From: a phage
Direction: 5' to 3' (one strand)
Sequence record: PV805631.1
Length of the DNA: 64,000 nt
The notes beneath the pieces are model-generated. The model was given only the letters and a program-made list of their open reading frames with translations. It was not told the origin of the DNA and ran no database searches. Position numbers and translations under genes: made by a program. Positions within the stretch are counted from its first letter, which is position 1. Every line of letters starts with the position of its first letter. Shown one piece after another: positions 35,472 to 46,825 of this stretch.

Positions 35472-38400
35472 AATTTACTAAGTTCACCCAAGGGTTCAGG
35501 TTGTGAGCACGAAGCCCCTGACCAAAGCCCCATGAGTAATCCAGACTACCCTTAGCAGCAATACTAAAGATGTTGTCCTGAATAGGTAAGCCAACGTTAC
35601 CAAACATGGTAGGAGTTGGAGCCAGCATCGCCATTGCTGCATGTACTGGGTTATTGCGAATCATGGACACTGCAACCTTAGCTGAACGAATCTTAAAGTT
35701 GTAGAACCACATTAAACCAACGCTTTCCATATACCCACGGAAACGGCCCGGCAGACGGTCATAGTTAATGAACTCTTCGGTTACACGTCCCAGTGCTTCT
35801 TCACGAGTCTTACCTTTACGCTGGGTCAATTCATCATAGATGATTGCTTTAGCGATAAAGTCAGAGTACTCAACCGTCTTCTGGATACCCTGGAACAGAG
35901 CAGTATCCTTAGTGATAAGTGCATAACGACCAGCAGCACGTACAGACTTAGGTAACTTATCCGCCAGCTTTTCCATGTATTCGTGAAGTTTACCTTCAGT
36001 AATCAGGATGTCATCACGACCAATACCAGCATCTGCAATTGAAGAGAACTCACCAGCTTCTATCAGAGGCCAGATACTCATACGCTTATGGCTATCAGTA
36101 ATGGACTGAATCTCAGCCTTAAGTTTACGAATCTGGTTCGGGTTAGTAGCTGCACGTAATTCTGCTTCTGCATCTACCTGACGTAAACGAGATTTAAGGT
36201 ATTGGTTAATCTCAGCAGTCTTCCGTGGAATGCTCTTAGCAATGTTCTTAACCGGTACACCACGAGCAACCATCTGGTAAAGGTTAGCCAAAAAGTTAAC
36301 AACAGGTACGACTACTGACTTAACTACAATCAGAGTCTTAGCATCTTTAACTAAATTTTGAACCAGGTTCTCACCACCCATTAAGTACTTATAGGCACGG
36401 TTACCGGCTAAACCCAGAATAGCTTTTTTAAAAGTATTAAGCGTTTCCGGGGACCAACGAGAATTACCAGACCAAGCATCACCAATCGAAGCTGCACGAT
36501 AGCCAAGTGCATCATTCAGCATGTCACGACGTACCCACAGTTCACCCTCACCAAACAGTTTTTCTGCTTTCCGTCGAGTTTCACTGTTCATCAGCTTAAG
36601 AGCATCAGCAGTTACTGGGTCCAGTTTAGAACCAAAAAGGTTCACGTACTGGGACTTATTAGCAGCAGACATCTTAATGTCTTCCTTGTACATGCTATAC
36701 AGGTTCTCAATCAGCATATCATTGAAACGCTGAGCCTTAGCTTCTTCCACCTGACGTCCACGCCATACACCAATTGCACGGGCAAGATGATTTTCACCTT
36801 CAATATGCTTCAGCATATTAGGGTTAATTGATTGCTCATAAGCAACCACATCACCTTTAGCATTATATACAGGCAGCAGTGGTTCATTACCACGTTCACC
36901 ACGAGCTAGTGCTTTAGCGATACGGTCTACAGAAGGCTTGTCAGTAATACGACCAGCTACCATGGAACCCATAGTAAAGCCTGTACCGAGGTCTACACCA
37001 CCAGCAGTATTACGAACGTTCTGTAGAATACCTTGTGAGAACGGAGCCTGTGCCTGTACTGGGGCAAAGTAGTAGCTACGTGCCAGACCTCGGTTAGCAG
37101 AGCTACCTTGATAAGTACCCAGACGAACATAGGACTTCTCTATCAAATCACCAAACTCGCTATCTTCAGCAACAACCAGACTAACACCCTGTTTAGTCTC
37201 ACTAGGGATATACCCTTTGTACTGGTTCAGGGTTGCACGCATATCAGACTTGGCTTTAGCCATTTCATCTTTACGCTGCCCAACCAGGTAAGAAGTAGCA
37301 AAGTCCATTCCCTCAACTTCTGTCTGAGCCAGTGAAGATAACATCTCACGGTCGGACTTGTTCATTGCTTCCAGTGCATACAGGGTAATAAGTTTATCCA
37401 GTTGAGCTACATCTACAATAGAACGAGTAGTCTTACGTTCACCCAGCATACGAGAGATTGCAGTAGCATTACGCAGCAAGTTTTTACCGACTGTGCCATT
37501 AATCATGTACTGAGCCAGTTGCTTAGATTTACGGTTAATCAGAGGCCAGTTACGACCAGCTTGTTTCTGCAAATCTGCTTCCAGCTTATTCACTTCACGG
37601 TCAACAATCTTCTGGTCTGAAAGCAGGTCACGAATTTCAGCCAGAGACATGGTGTCACGCAGGACAGCTAAGTCAGTTTTACCCATACCAGTGTACATTG
37701 CTTTCCACTCATCCTTAGTCAGCTTACGGCTGAACTTAGATGCGATAGTGGTAGGCAGGTGTTCACGGAACTGCTGACGGTCAGCCTGCACCTGTGCACG
37801 GACTGCTTTAATCAAATCGTATACAGAAGCATTGCTCTTAGTACGACCGGTTAAATCATTAACCAGGTCATGGAAAGGTTGCCATACTTTACCCTGGTTC
37901 ATTGCAACCATAACGCCTTCAGCTACGTTTGCACCATTCTTCTCTGTAGCAATAGCAGCCATTAGTTGTGCAGCATGAGCAGCACCTTTGACCAATGGGT
38001 TCTTGGTATTAGCTGCAACTTCACGAGCACTTTCTAAAACACGAGTAGACAGTACATCAATAGAGTCCACCAAATACTGGTTAGCACGGTCAATAGCATT
38101 ACCACTAGGAGTAGCAACGGAATCATAGAATGACTGTGCATTTAGGCTAGTCTGCATGATTGTTTGAGCCAGTGCATCCATACCTTCCTGTACGTTGGTA
38201 GCTTTGGTATCACCTGCTACACGAGCATTCAGACTAGCCATTGCAGCAGTACCAATGTTAGTCAGCATTGCATCAACGGTATTCCCAGATTTCTTATCTG
38301 CTTTCATAACAGGAATGTTAGCCAGTACGTTACGTACCTCTTCACTTACCATTGCCAGACCAACAAAGGTAGGCAGTATTGAAGAACGACCCTGTGCATC

Positions 38401-41400
38401 AAACTCAATATTGTTAGCACCCATGATGGTATCGAACTTCTGCTGTGCATAGTAACGGTCAGCAGGGTTAGTACTATCTGGGTCAGTCATGAATGATTCA
38501 ACAGTCAGGTTCTTAGTAACGTGTGCATAGTATTCCTGTGCACGAGAAAGAGCAGCCGGACTAATAGCAGCTTCAGTAGCGAGTGCAGCAACAATGTTAG
38601 TAAAGAGACGCTGCTCCTGCATATTCATAGTGAAGCCATGAGCCTGAACATCACGGGTTACTTTAGTTGCGTGCTTTTTCGCATCAGAGAACTTACCTTC
38701 ACGGATTACTTGCTGTACTGGTTCTGAACCAATGTAGTTAGTAATCAGCTTATCAAATGTCTGTCCTAACTCTTCCAGACGGGTATTGTCACCATATGCT
38801 TTGTTATGGAACAAAGTAGTATCTTTGGCTACAGCAGCAGTAGGAGCCTGCCCACGCATAACAACTGAAGAGTTAAACAGTAAGCCAGAGAACATATCAT
38901 CAGCATTAGCAGGTGCTTCTTCACGACCAAATACCAGTCGCTTGATTGCTTCATATACAGACTGAATCATAACTTTCAGTGCTGTGGTCTTCTTCTGCTT
39001 ACTAATTAGCTCCTGGTTAGTTAAACCCCATGCCATGTACTCATTTAATGCAGCAGCTTTAGCTATTGCTGGTTCAATATAGCCATTAGACAAGTAGCCG
39101 TTAATGGTATAGAGGGCATCGGCATATGCTTCACGTACTTCCGGAGATTCATCCTTAACATCCAGAGCAAGGAACTGGTTCATCAGGTCTTCGATATTCT
39201 GGACTGCTTCGTTAGGAGTACCCTCATAGTGAGCCAGTACAGATTCAAAAGTAGAAGCATGTACCAATTCATGAACCAGAGTCTCTAAGGAAGGGGTGAC
39301 TAAGTAGATGGTCTTATCATCAAAGTTAGTCCAGCCGTATGTATTACCTGCTTCGGCAGCTTCAATATCTTCTGGTGCTGGACGGGTAATGTTCTTCTCA
39401 ATAGCGTAAGCATCCAATTGAGCAGGAGTACCGTAAACAACCTTGTAGTCTTTAGCAGCAAGGGATTTCTGTATCTCTTTCAATACTGCTTGCTGTTCTG
39501 GAGACATCTCTTTAGCCAGCTTGGTAATAGCAGTATTAGACAATAGACGTACACCAGACTTAAGTACACGACCAACTTGTTCCATTGCTGGCACTTCTTT
39601 AACAGGTGCTTCTTTAGTAGGTACTTCTTTCACTGGATCTGCTTTAGCAGCACGTACTGCATCACGACGCTTATTTAATTCAGCATCAAACAGTTCGTTC
39701 AGCTTAGCTACTTGCTGGTCTACAGTCAGTCCCTCAAGAGAAATTTTACCGTTGTTCACATAAGGAGCACCTACAGCAGCCATCTGGTCAACAGTGGTCT
39801 GTACCTGGTTCATTACTTTGTGGCGAATATCCACACTTAAAGCAATGTTACGCAGGTTACGCTCAATAAGGTTAACACCGGAATTCTTAATCATATCAAT
39901 CTTATACTGCCTGTCTCCCTCAACGCGACTGATATGAGAAAGCTGTTCAAAATCTAAAGCGGAACGGGCAATGTCATCAATTGTCTTATCTGACAACTTA
40001 TCAAAGTCTACATTCTTCAAGAACTCAGAGAAGGATTCATATACAGCCTTGATAGGATTCCCCTGCCAGGAAGTGTATACAGCCTCGTTTGCTTTACGAC
40101 TTGCATCAGTGATGTCACTAATACCAATGTTCATACCATCAAAGATTTTCAGGGTATTCTTCGGAGCACCTTTCATAGTAGAAAGGGTCTGCATCATCAT
40201 GCCATCACCAGTACCGATGGTCATAAATGGAATACCTGCAACACCTGCTTGTGAAGGAGCATAGATGCTCATTGGCACACGCATACGGTCATCTAAGTTG
40301 GTAGCCAGTACTTGGTTAGCAACGTCAGTACTCTCACTGCCAGCAAGGTAGAAAGTCTGTGAGCCAGTCTCAATCATTGGAGCCAGTGGTGATAATGATT
40401 CCTGGATTTCATTCAGTTCTTTCTGTGTTAAGAAATCACCCTTCTTCCAGGTTGGGTCTTTTTCTTTTTCTGCTAGCTTAGCCTGTACTGCTTGCTGGAA
40501 CATATCCTGCAATACCAGGGACTGAATCTGAGTAGCCTTCTGCAAGTTCTCAGTAGAGTACATCAGACCTTCACCAACAGTATTACGGATACCAGTACGC
40601 ATTGGTTCAACGAACAAATGGAGCATATTCTCTTGTAAGTTCTTCAGAGCATTACCGGATACGGTAAATTTCTGAGGGTCTAACTTACCAGTCAGAGCAC
40701 CATCTACTTCCTTAATAAATAACTTACCCTTACGCTTAGCTGGAATCTTACCGGTCAGTGCTTCCATAGAAGTAAGGAAAGTATCCAGCATAGCCTGAGC
40801 ATCTGCCTCAGACGCAGCCTCCTTACCAAACATTGCCATAGCCGGGGAAATGCTAGGGTCAGCAGCACGTGCTTGCAGAACGTCGCTGAAGCGTTCGTAG
40901 ATGGTGTCAGTAATTGCACTGACCATCTTGCCAGCAATACCACGAGCACCAGAACCATAGATGGTAATGGTCAGAGGGTTCTTAGCGATACCACGTTTCA
41001 GGTCCAGAGTACCATCTTCATTCAGGTTAAAGTCTTTAATGAACAGGTCCATTAACTTCTGGAGATGATTTATCTGGTTCATAACTGGAACGTTGTTACG
41101 GTAAGTAGTACGTAACTCATTCAGTGCTTGTTGTAGACCATTGGTAGATGCTTCATACAAGTCAACATTATCGTCGATAGAACAATGTTCATTCATCGTT
41201 TTACCAGCACGACCGAAAAACAAACCACCTTTGGCAGTATTCTTAATCCAGTCTGGAGTGAACTTACCACCGGTCATTAATACCATTGCGTTGATTGGGC
41301 CGTTGGTTACACCATCAGCTTCAACGTACAGAGGGGTAGTAAAATTAACACGATCATCACTGTTCAGGTAACGGGCATATTCCATCAGAGCCATGAGAGC

Positions 41401-44400
41401 CACGAAGGATTTGTTATCACCCAGAGAGGTTTTCAGAATATCTACTGCATCAGTAGGTAAGTAGCCAGACTTATCAAACTCGACCATCATATCAACAGCA
41501 GGTTTCAGATTACCTTCCAGAGCTTTGGTCAGATTTTCAGACATAGCTTCACGGGACATTTTATGTACCTTGATGCCTAATGCCTGAGCCAGACCTAACT
41601 GGAAGTCAGAGAACGCTTGGCTGTTTTCATTACTCAAGTCAATAGTAGAGAAGGTTGGCAGAATTGCTTCACGAACCAGCTTACTGGATTGTGGGTTATT
41701 CTTACCAAGCATCTGCATACGACCTACACGGGTCATGTTGTAACCGTAGTGAATGGGGGTATCCAAACCATTCTCTTGTTCTTTTAGCTGATTAATTAAA
41801 CCGAACAAGGAATCATATGCCATAGACACAGACAGGTTTTTACCCTCCAGTGACTTAGCAGTGTTACCGTTCAACAGTTTAGGATTAAGAGTACCAGCAC
41901 CCATCAGTTCCAGAATGCCGTCACGCCCCAATGCTTCATAGAAGTTAACCATCGGCATGTGTACACGGAACTCCGTAGCCTGTTCAGCTTTCAAAGCAGC
42001 TTTCTGTTCCGGGGTATTCCTAACAGCAGGGTTACGTAACTGAGTTTGAGCCACGGAAGGAATGTCATCACCGAAGTACGTTTTCTCTTCCGGATTTACC
42101 AGCACAGCTTCCTCAATTGCTGTAGGGAAATTATTAATAGGGTCTTTATCTGCCAACTTATTAATAGTGTACAGACCAATAGTCTTATTAGAGTCCGGGT
42201 CAATCTCAGACACATCCAGCATAGTCTCAGTAACTGCACCCATCTCAATGAGGGAAGACAGAATCTCTGTAGCCATTGCCACTGGAATACCCTTGGTATA
42301 ACCCAGTGGTGCATTAGGGTTACGGTTTAAACCCCAGTAGGATTCAATCTTTTGAGCCAGTGAGTTAGTAGCCTCAATCAGAGTCTGGGCATTATCAAAC
42401 TCAGCCAGAATACTTTCTGGTAACAGAGATGCATCTACACCAGTAATAGCAGCCACGTCTTTCATGTCTTTAATGGCAGCATTCTGTGTAGCAGTCAGTC
42501 GCCATTGCAAACCAGCAAGTACAGCAGTCTCTAACAACTGATCATTGAACTTAAAGGTATCCCCGTCTTTCTCTACGATGTTAAGTAACTTACCACCTAC
42601 CCAACGGTTAGCCTCAGTACCTTCTGCAAAACGTTTACCAACATTCTTATTAGCAAGGAACTTAGCCAGTCGTTCAGACAAAGTAGTCTTCAAAGTTTCC
42701 CCAAAGTCCATCAAGTCTTGATAGCGTTCTAACACATCACCTGCGAGAACGTTATTTTCTTTTTGAGTGAACGCTTCAAAGCGAGCAGCAGAAGACAGTG
42801 CTTTCTTGATATCAGCCAAAGGAGATTCTGAACCAATGGTACGAGTCTTAGGTTCTTCCGGTAAGGTAAATGCTTTCAGAAACTGGTTCGGTGTCTTTTC
42901 ATTGTTATAGACAGGGAACACTGCTTCCATTCCAGAAAGAGGTTTGCCACCCACTGTATAATCTGCTTTCAGCTGAGCCAGTGATACTTCATCTTCCTCT
43001 ACGTTGTTAGTGTTAAGACCAGAGGTATCTACACCAACCAGAATATGTGCATTATTGGCTTCAACGAAAGATTGAACAGTATTGAATTGTTCAGCAGTCA
43101 GTTTCTGATCATCGAACAGCTGTAAGGACACAAACGGTTGTTCGCTGCCTTTATAGAACATAGAGCGAATAGCACCTGTATCCAGAGACATATCACGATA
43201 ACCATCATGACCAAATACATCGGACAGGCTGATATGGTCGCCATTAGAGCCAACCACAGTACCATCAGCAAACAGCCATGGACTCTCTCTACGATCACCA
43301 TACTTATTAAGAGTTTCCTGTGAAATAGTATTTTCTTTCACATAAGCATCTCTTTCAGATTCGGTAGGTTGCTCGATGGTATCCTCATTAGTAAGGGTAG
43401 CATCATCTACAACCGGGCTAGCCTTTTCAGACTTAGGTACTTTCTCTTCCTGTACAGGTGTAACTTCTGGCTGGGAGAATGTATTACGTACATAGTTCAT
43501 AAAATCATTACGTGCTTGGGAAGGGGAAGACCATACTTCCCGTGTGCTACGTAAACTAAAGATTCGACCTTCAGGAGTCATTACGTAAGGTACATTTGTT
43601 TTACCGTACTTAAATGAAGTGAGTACATCTGACTTACCAGTAACAGTGCTTTCCCCTGGAATGACAATAGTCTTACCACCAGTAGAAGGAACAGCACGAA
43701 CACCCTCAATATCCTTACCAAGAGAAATATACTCTTTACCGTTGTAATCAAAGTACTGACCTATCTGCATATAGGTAGCTTGTTGCTTACCAGTAAACTC
43801 AGCAGTTTTCATCTCCGGGCCGTTAGGTACAGACGTACTTTCAGACTTAGGCTTAGATACTTTCTCTGGTTCTGACTTAGACTCTACAGTGTTAGGGGCA
43901 GTCTCTTTTGCTTCGACTGGTGCAGTTTTTGACTGTACAGTAATGGCTGGTTCCTGTGTTTTTACAGGTGTTTCATCAACCTGATTCACTGGTTCATTAG
44001 TCTGTTGGGACTGAGTGGCATTAAGACCACCTTGACGGAACTCTTTAACTACCTGGGCAGCTGGCTTGTTCAGACGTGAATCCAACGAGGTAACTTTCAC
44101 ATGAGAAACATTAAGCTCCGGGTAAGCCGTAGCAAGTGCATTAGCAATATCAGCTACGGTTTTGGCCTCCAGTGCTACTTGCTGGGCAAACTTAACAGAC
44201 TTGGTATCATAAGGATTAACACCGAGGCCAGTACGACTACGTACCCATTCACGGGTAGGCGTGAGAGCCTGATAATGAACAGACTTATTCTTATCCGCAT
44301 TCCCCGAAATCAGATGCTCATTCAACGCTCCGACCTTATTCTGCATGTGCTGGGCGAACTTCATAAAATCGCTCAGATAAGCGGAAGCCAAATCGAAGTT

Positions 44401-46731
44401 ACCAGAGTTATACGCAGAACGAATGCGTTTCGCATGTTGCAACGCAGAGTACTGTCCTTCATTAGAACGAGACTCGTCGGTTTTAATCTGTTTACTAACA
44501 ATGTCTTGAGGACGTAAGCCCAGTTCTTCTGCTTTAGCATCATACTCACGTGCACCCTGTAACAGAGCAGCAGCTGATTGCAGGGCAGCACGTTGACGAT
44601 TATTCAGTGTAATCTTACCTTCACTTGCGTGCTTCAGAACCATGTTCACTGAATCTGCATCCAGTACTTCTGGAGACACATCAGCAGCCATAGCAATGTT
44701 GTTTGCTTGGGCTTGATTAGCTTCTTCAGTAGCTTTCAGTTTACCTGCTTCAGCTTGTTCCTGAATCATGGAATGGATGGCACGGAATGCACGAAGTACT
44801 TTAGGGGTATTCTGTATGTTAGCCATCAGGCCGGAGAACTGGTCTACGATTGCAGCAGCAGGAGAACCTTGTTCCAGATTAGCCAGAGCACCTGGGTCAC
44901 GGTTAATGAAGCTATCCATAGACATGATGTTGTCATACATCTGGATTGCAGCTTCCATTTGAACGTCAGGGTCTTCAGCAGTATTAACCAAGTCAGCCAT
45001 CTTCTGAATAGCTTCCACACGGTTAGTGGAACCAGAAACAGCTTCACGGATTACTGGGTTGGCTTGTTCCAATTCTACTGGGTCAAACTTCATTGCCTGA
45101 GTCAAGTCAGCAGCATACTGGGTAGCAGCAGCTTTCTCTTCTGGAGTGATATCCATTGCATCTACTGCTTCCTGTACGGTTGCCTGTGCTTGTTCTGCCT
45201 GAGCAACAGCTTCCTGTGCAGCAGCATTAACCGTAGCATCGGCTACAGGGGATGCTTGTTCATTACGCTTAGCAACTTCTTCCCCACGTTGAACCAGGAT
45301 GTTAGTAAGAGGAGATGCAGCTTTTGCTAATGTTTTACCAACCAGAGAAGCACCAGCCAGAGTGGTACGAAGAGCAGGTCCAGCAGCAGCACCGGCAGCT
45401 TTAACAGTTGCACCAGGAGCCTGAGCAACACCAGCACTACCGAAGCCATAGAGTGCACCAAGACCCGCTTGCTCACCGACACCTTTGAGGGTATCTCGGG
45501 ATGCATCAACATTTTCCTTGATTGCACGGTTCTGTGCGAACTGACCAAAGCCTGATTGAGTACCCTCTTCAAAAGTCTGAGCACCAAGGTTAGTAAGAGC
45601 TGCCCCAGCAGAACCAACCCTCATGGGGTTAAGTTCAAACTTAGATACTAACGGACCCATAGCAGCAGCAACTGGGGCAGTTAAGGCAGCAGCAATGATA
45701 CCCGTTTCAGATGCAGTCTGACGACGTGCTTCATCAGGAGATAAACCATCAGCAATATGTTGTTGGTAAACAGGAGACTTACTTGCCAGTTCTGGATGGG
45801 ACATCTTCATGATTTCAGAAGCAGTCTGTTGGTATGCACCCCCGGCTTCCATGCCACCGATTGCAATAGCAGGTGCAGCAACACGACCAGTAGACAATGC
45901 AACCTGTGCAGGACGTGAACCCAACCCAGCAGCTAAGGTAATACCCTTAACAGCTTTATCACCACCTACCATTACTTTACCGAGTGCAGATACACCACGA
46001 ATAAGTGGACCACCAGTAAAGAGGGAACCGACACCCTCACTCAGTCCATCTGAGGCAGCCATACCATTATCAAGTGTGTTAGCAACAGAGTCGAAAGCAT
46101 CACGACCAATACGAGACAGGGAGGCAACCAAATCACTCTCCCCGTTTTTGATGTCCTGTTCATAGAGTTTCTGGTTCTTTTGAGCAGAAATCTGGTTCTG
46201 ATTCTGAACAACTTTACGGGTAGCATTCAGTGCATCAGACTGTAGATTGTGTACGCCTTCATTCAGCCAATCCATCCCGGAAGCAATGGTTGCCCCGGCA
46301 TTATCATTGACCAGACCTGCGCCAAGAGCAGCAATGCCCCCAAGGGTATTAGCAACACCAAGACCAACACCAGAAAGAGTATCGCCAAATGCTTCTGCGT
46401 TAGTACGCTGTTTAGATAAGTCCTGACGTACAGCATCCGCAGCATTAGCTCGGCTATTAAGAATCTGTAAACCTTGCTCATTACCGTACTTATTAATGAT
46501 TTCTAATGGGGAGGCTTGAGTGAAGTCTGCCTGAAGTGAACCTGGTTCGAATGCACCGATTCCAAGATTACCTACTCGTCCAGTCTGGAGAGTGTAAGCA
46601 TTCTCTGGGGTTAATTGGAAAGGGCTTTGCCCTTGTGCAGCTTGCTTCTGAGAGGTTGCAGTAGAGACATCGACTTGCTTAGCATTAGTGATGCTGTCTG
46701 CGAAACCTGCCAGACGGTCAAATGTTGACAT
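35470..46731 (-). CDS. Virion-encapsidated RNA polymerase (N4 gp50-like vRNAP)
   Basis: Single ORF of about 3750 aa; T7-like motif A (VEADGVTNGPINAM) and motif B (RGIAKNPLTITIYGSG); start moved to the ATG at 46731 with AGGAAA upstream. Confidence 0.9.
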   Translation of the reverse strand: MSTFDRLAGFADSITNAKQVDVSTATSQKQAAQGQSPFQLTPENAYTLQTGRVGNLGIGAFEPGSLQADFTQASPLEIINKYGNEQGLQILNSRANAADAVRQDLSKQRTNAEAFGDTLSGVGLGVANTLGGIAALGAGLVNDNAGATIASGMDWLNEGVHNLQSDALNATRKVVQNQNQISAQKNQKLYEQDIKNGESDLVASLSRIGRDAFDSVANTLDNGMAASDGLSEGVGSLFTGGPLIRGVSALGKVMVGGDKAVKGITLAAGLGSRPAQVALSTGRVAAPAIAIGGMEAGGAYQQTASEIMKMSHPELASKSPVYQQHIADGLSPDEARRQTASETGIIAAALTAPVAAAMGPLVSKFELNPMRVGSAGAALTNLGAQTFEEGTQSGFGQFAQNRAIKENVDASRDTLKGVGEQAGLGALYGFGSAGVAQAPGATVKAAGAAAGPALRTTLAGASLVGKTLAKAASPLTNILVQRGEEVAKRNEQASPVADATVNAAAQEAVAQAEQAQATVQEAVDAMDITPEEKAAATQYAADLTQAMKFDPVELEQANPVIREAVSGSTNRVEAIQKMADLVNTAEDPDVQMEAAIQMYDNIMSMDSFINRDPGALANLEQGSPAAAIVDQFSGLMANIQNTPKVLRAFRAIHSMIQEQAEAGKLKATEEANQAQANNIAMAADVSPEVLDADSVNMVLKHASEGKITLNNRQRAALQSAAALLQGAREYDAKAEELGLRPQDIVSKQIKTDESRSNEGQYSALQHAKRIRSAYNSGNFDLASAYLSDFMKFAQHMQNKVGALNEHLISGNADKNKSVHYQALTPTREWVRSRTGLGVNPYDTKSVKFAQQVALEAKTVADIANALATAYPELNVSHVKVTSLDSRLNKPAAQVVKEFRQGGLNATQSQQTNEPVNQVDETPVKTQEPAITVQSKTAPVEAKETAPNTVESKSEPEKVSKPKSESTSVPNGPEMKTAEFTGKQQATYMQIGQYFDYNGKEYISLGKDIEGVRAVPSTGGKTIVIPGESTVTGKSDVLTSFKYGKTNVPYVMTPEGRIFSLRSTREVWSSPSQARNDFMNYVRNTFSQPEVTPVQEEKVPKSEKASPVVDDATLTNEDTIEQPTESERDAYVKENTISQETLNKYGDRRESPWLFADGTVVGSNGDHISLSDVFGHDGYRDMSLDTGAIRSMFYKGSEQPFVSLQLFDDQKLTAEQFNTVQSFVEANNAHILVGVDTSGLNTNNVEEDEVSLAQLKADYTVGGKPLSGMEAVFPVYNNEKTPNQFLKAFTLPEEPKTRTIGSESPLADIKKALSSAARFEAFTQKENNVLAGDVLERYQDLMDFGETLKTTLSERLAKFLANKNVGKRFAEGTEANRWVGGKLLNIVEKDGDTFKFNDQLLETAVLAGLQWRLTATQNAAIKDMKDVAAITGVDASLLPESILAEFDNAQTLIEATNSLAQKIESYWGLNRNPNAPLGYTKGIPVAMATEILSSLIEMGAVTETMLDVSEIDPDSNKTIGLYTINKLADKDPINNFPTAIEEAVLVNPEEKTYFGDDIPSVAQTQLRNPAVRNTPEQKAALKAEQATEFRVHMPMVNFYEALGRDGILELMGAGTLNPKLLNGNTAKSLEGKNLSVSMAYDSLFGLINQLKEQENGLDTPIHYGYNMTRVGRMQMLGKNNPQSSKLVREAILPTFSTIDLSNENSQAFSDFQLGLAQALGIKVHKMSREAMSENLTKALEGNLKPAVDMMVEFDKSGYLPTDAVDILKTSLGDNKSFVALMALMEYARYLNSDDRVNFTTPLYVEADGVTNGPINAMVLMTGGKFTPDWIKNTAKGGLFFGRAGKTMNEHCSIDDNVDLYEASTNGLQQALNELRTTYRNNVPVMNQINHLQKLMDLFIKDFNLNEDGTLDLKRGIAKNPLTITIYGSGARGIAGKMVSAITDTIYERFSDVLQARAADPSISPAMAMFGKEAASEADAQAMLDTFLTSMEALTGKIPAKRKGKLFIKEVDGALTGKLDPQKFTVSGNALKNLQENMLHLFVEPMRTGIRNTVGEGLMYSTENLQKATQIQSLVLQDMFQQAVQAKLAEKEKDPTWKKGDFLTQKELNEIQESLSPLAPMIETGSQTFYLAGSESTDVANQVLATNLDDRMRVPMSIYAPSQAGVAGIPFMTIGTGDGMMMQTLSTMKGAPKNTLKIFDGMNIGISDITDASRKANEAVYTSWQGNPIKAVYESFSEFLKNVDFDKLSDKTIDDIARSALDFEQLSHISRVEGDRQYKIDMIKNSGVNLIERNLRNIALSVDIRHKVMNQVQTTVDQMAAVGAPYVNNGKISLEGLTVDQQVAKLNELFDAELNKRRDAVRAAKADPVKEVPTKEAPVKEVPAMEQVGRVLKSGVRLLSNTAITKLAKEMSPEQQAVLKEIQKSLAAKDYKVVYGTPAQLDAYAIEKNITRPAPEDIEAAEAGNTYGWTNFDDKTIYLVTPSLETLVHELVHASTFESVLAHYEGTPNEAVQNIEDLMNQFLALDVKDESPEVREAYADALYTINGYLSNGYIEPAIAKAAALNEYMAWGLTNQELISKQKKTTALKVMIQSVYEAIKRLVFGREEAPANADDMFSGLLFNSSVVMRGQAPTAAVAKDTTLFHNKAYGDNTRLEELGQTFDKLITNYIGSEPVQQVIREGKFSDAKKHATKVTRDVQAHGFTMNMQEQRLFTNIVAALATEAAISPAALSRAQEYYAHVTKNLTVESFMTDPDSTNPADRYYAQQKFDTIMGANNIEFDAQGRSSILPTFVGLAMVSEEVRNVLANIPVMKADKKSGNTVDAMLTNIGTAAMASLNARVAGDTKATNVQEGMDALAQTIMQTSLNAQSFYDSVATPSGNAIDRANQYLVDSIDVLSTRVLESAREVAANTKNPLVKGAAHAAQLMAAIATEKNGANVAEGVMVAMNQGKVWQPFHDLVNDLTGRTKSNASVYDLIKAVRAQVQADRQQFREHLPTTIASKFSRKLTKDEWKAMYTGMGKTDLAVLRDTMSLAEIRDLLSDQKIVDREVNKLEADLQKQAGRNWPLINRKSKQLAQYMINGTVGKNLLRNATAISRMLGERKTTRSIVDVAQLDKLITLYALEAMNKSDREMLSSLAQTEVEGMDFATSYLVGQRKDEMAKAKSDMRATLNQYKGYIPSETKQGVSLVVAEDSEFGDLIEKSYVRLGTYQGSSANRGLARSYYFAPVQAQAPFSQGILQNVRNTAGGVDLGTGFTMGSMVAGRITDKPSVDRIAKALARGERGNEPLLPVYNAKGDVVAYEQSINPNMLKHIEGENHLARAIGVWRGRQVEEAKAQRFNDMLIENLYSMYKEDIKMSAANKSQYVNLFGSKLDPVTADALKLMNSETRRKAEKLFGEGELWVRRDMLNDALGYRAASIGDAWSGNSRWSPETLNTFKKAILGLAGNRAYKYLMGGENLVQNLVKDAKTLIVVKSVVVPVVNFLANLYQMVARGVPVKNIAKSIPRKTAEINQYLKSRLRQVDAEAELRAATNPNQIRKLKAEIQSITDSHKRMSIWPLIEAGEFSSIADAGIGRDDILITEGKLHEYMEKLADKLPKSVRAAGRYALITKDTALFQGIQKTVEYSDFIAKAIIYDELTQRKGKTREEALGRVTEEFINYDRLPGRFRGYMESVGLMWFYNFKIRSAKVAVSMIRNNPVHAAMAMLAPTPTMFGNVGLPIQDNIFSIAAKGSLDYSWGFGQGLRAHNLNPWVNLVN

Positions 46732-46795
46732 AGCATGTTTCCTGTTCAAACTTATATCGTATATAGGTAACTTACTCTACAGTAAGCCAGTTAAA

Positions 46796-46818
46796 GAAAA
46801 AAGCCCCGTAGGGCTTTT
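46796..46818 (-). terminator. Intrinsic terminator on the minus strand (GCCC-UACG-GGGC + U6)
   Basis: Read directly as reverse complement. Confidence 0.6.
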
Positions 46819-46825
46819 ATTAGTA

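Noticed and set aside
35470-46749. Many 60-200 aa ORFs on the plus strand and in alternate minus frames inside the vRNAP gene (e.g. 39971-40264, 44101-44517, 44707-45330)
   Set aside because: Fully embedded in a motif-supported 11 kb coding frame, low-complexity composition, no RBS; treated as antisense or out-of-frame artefacts.
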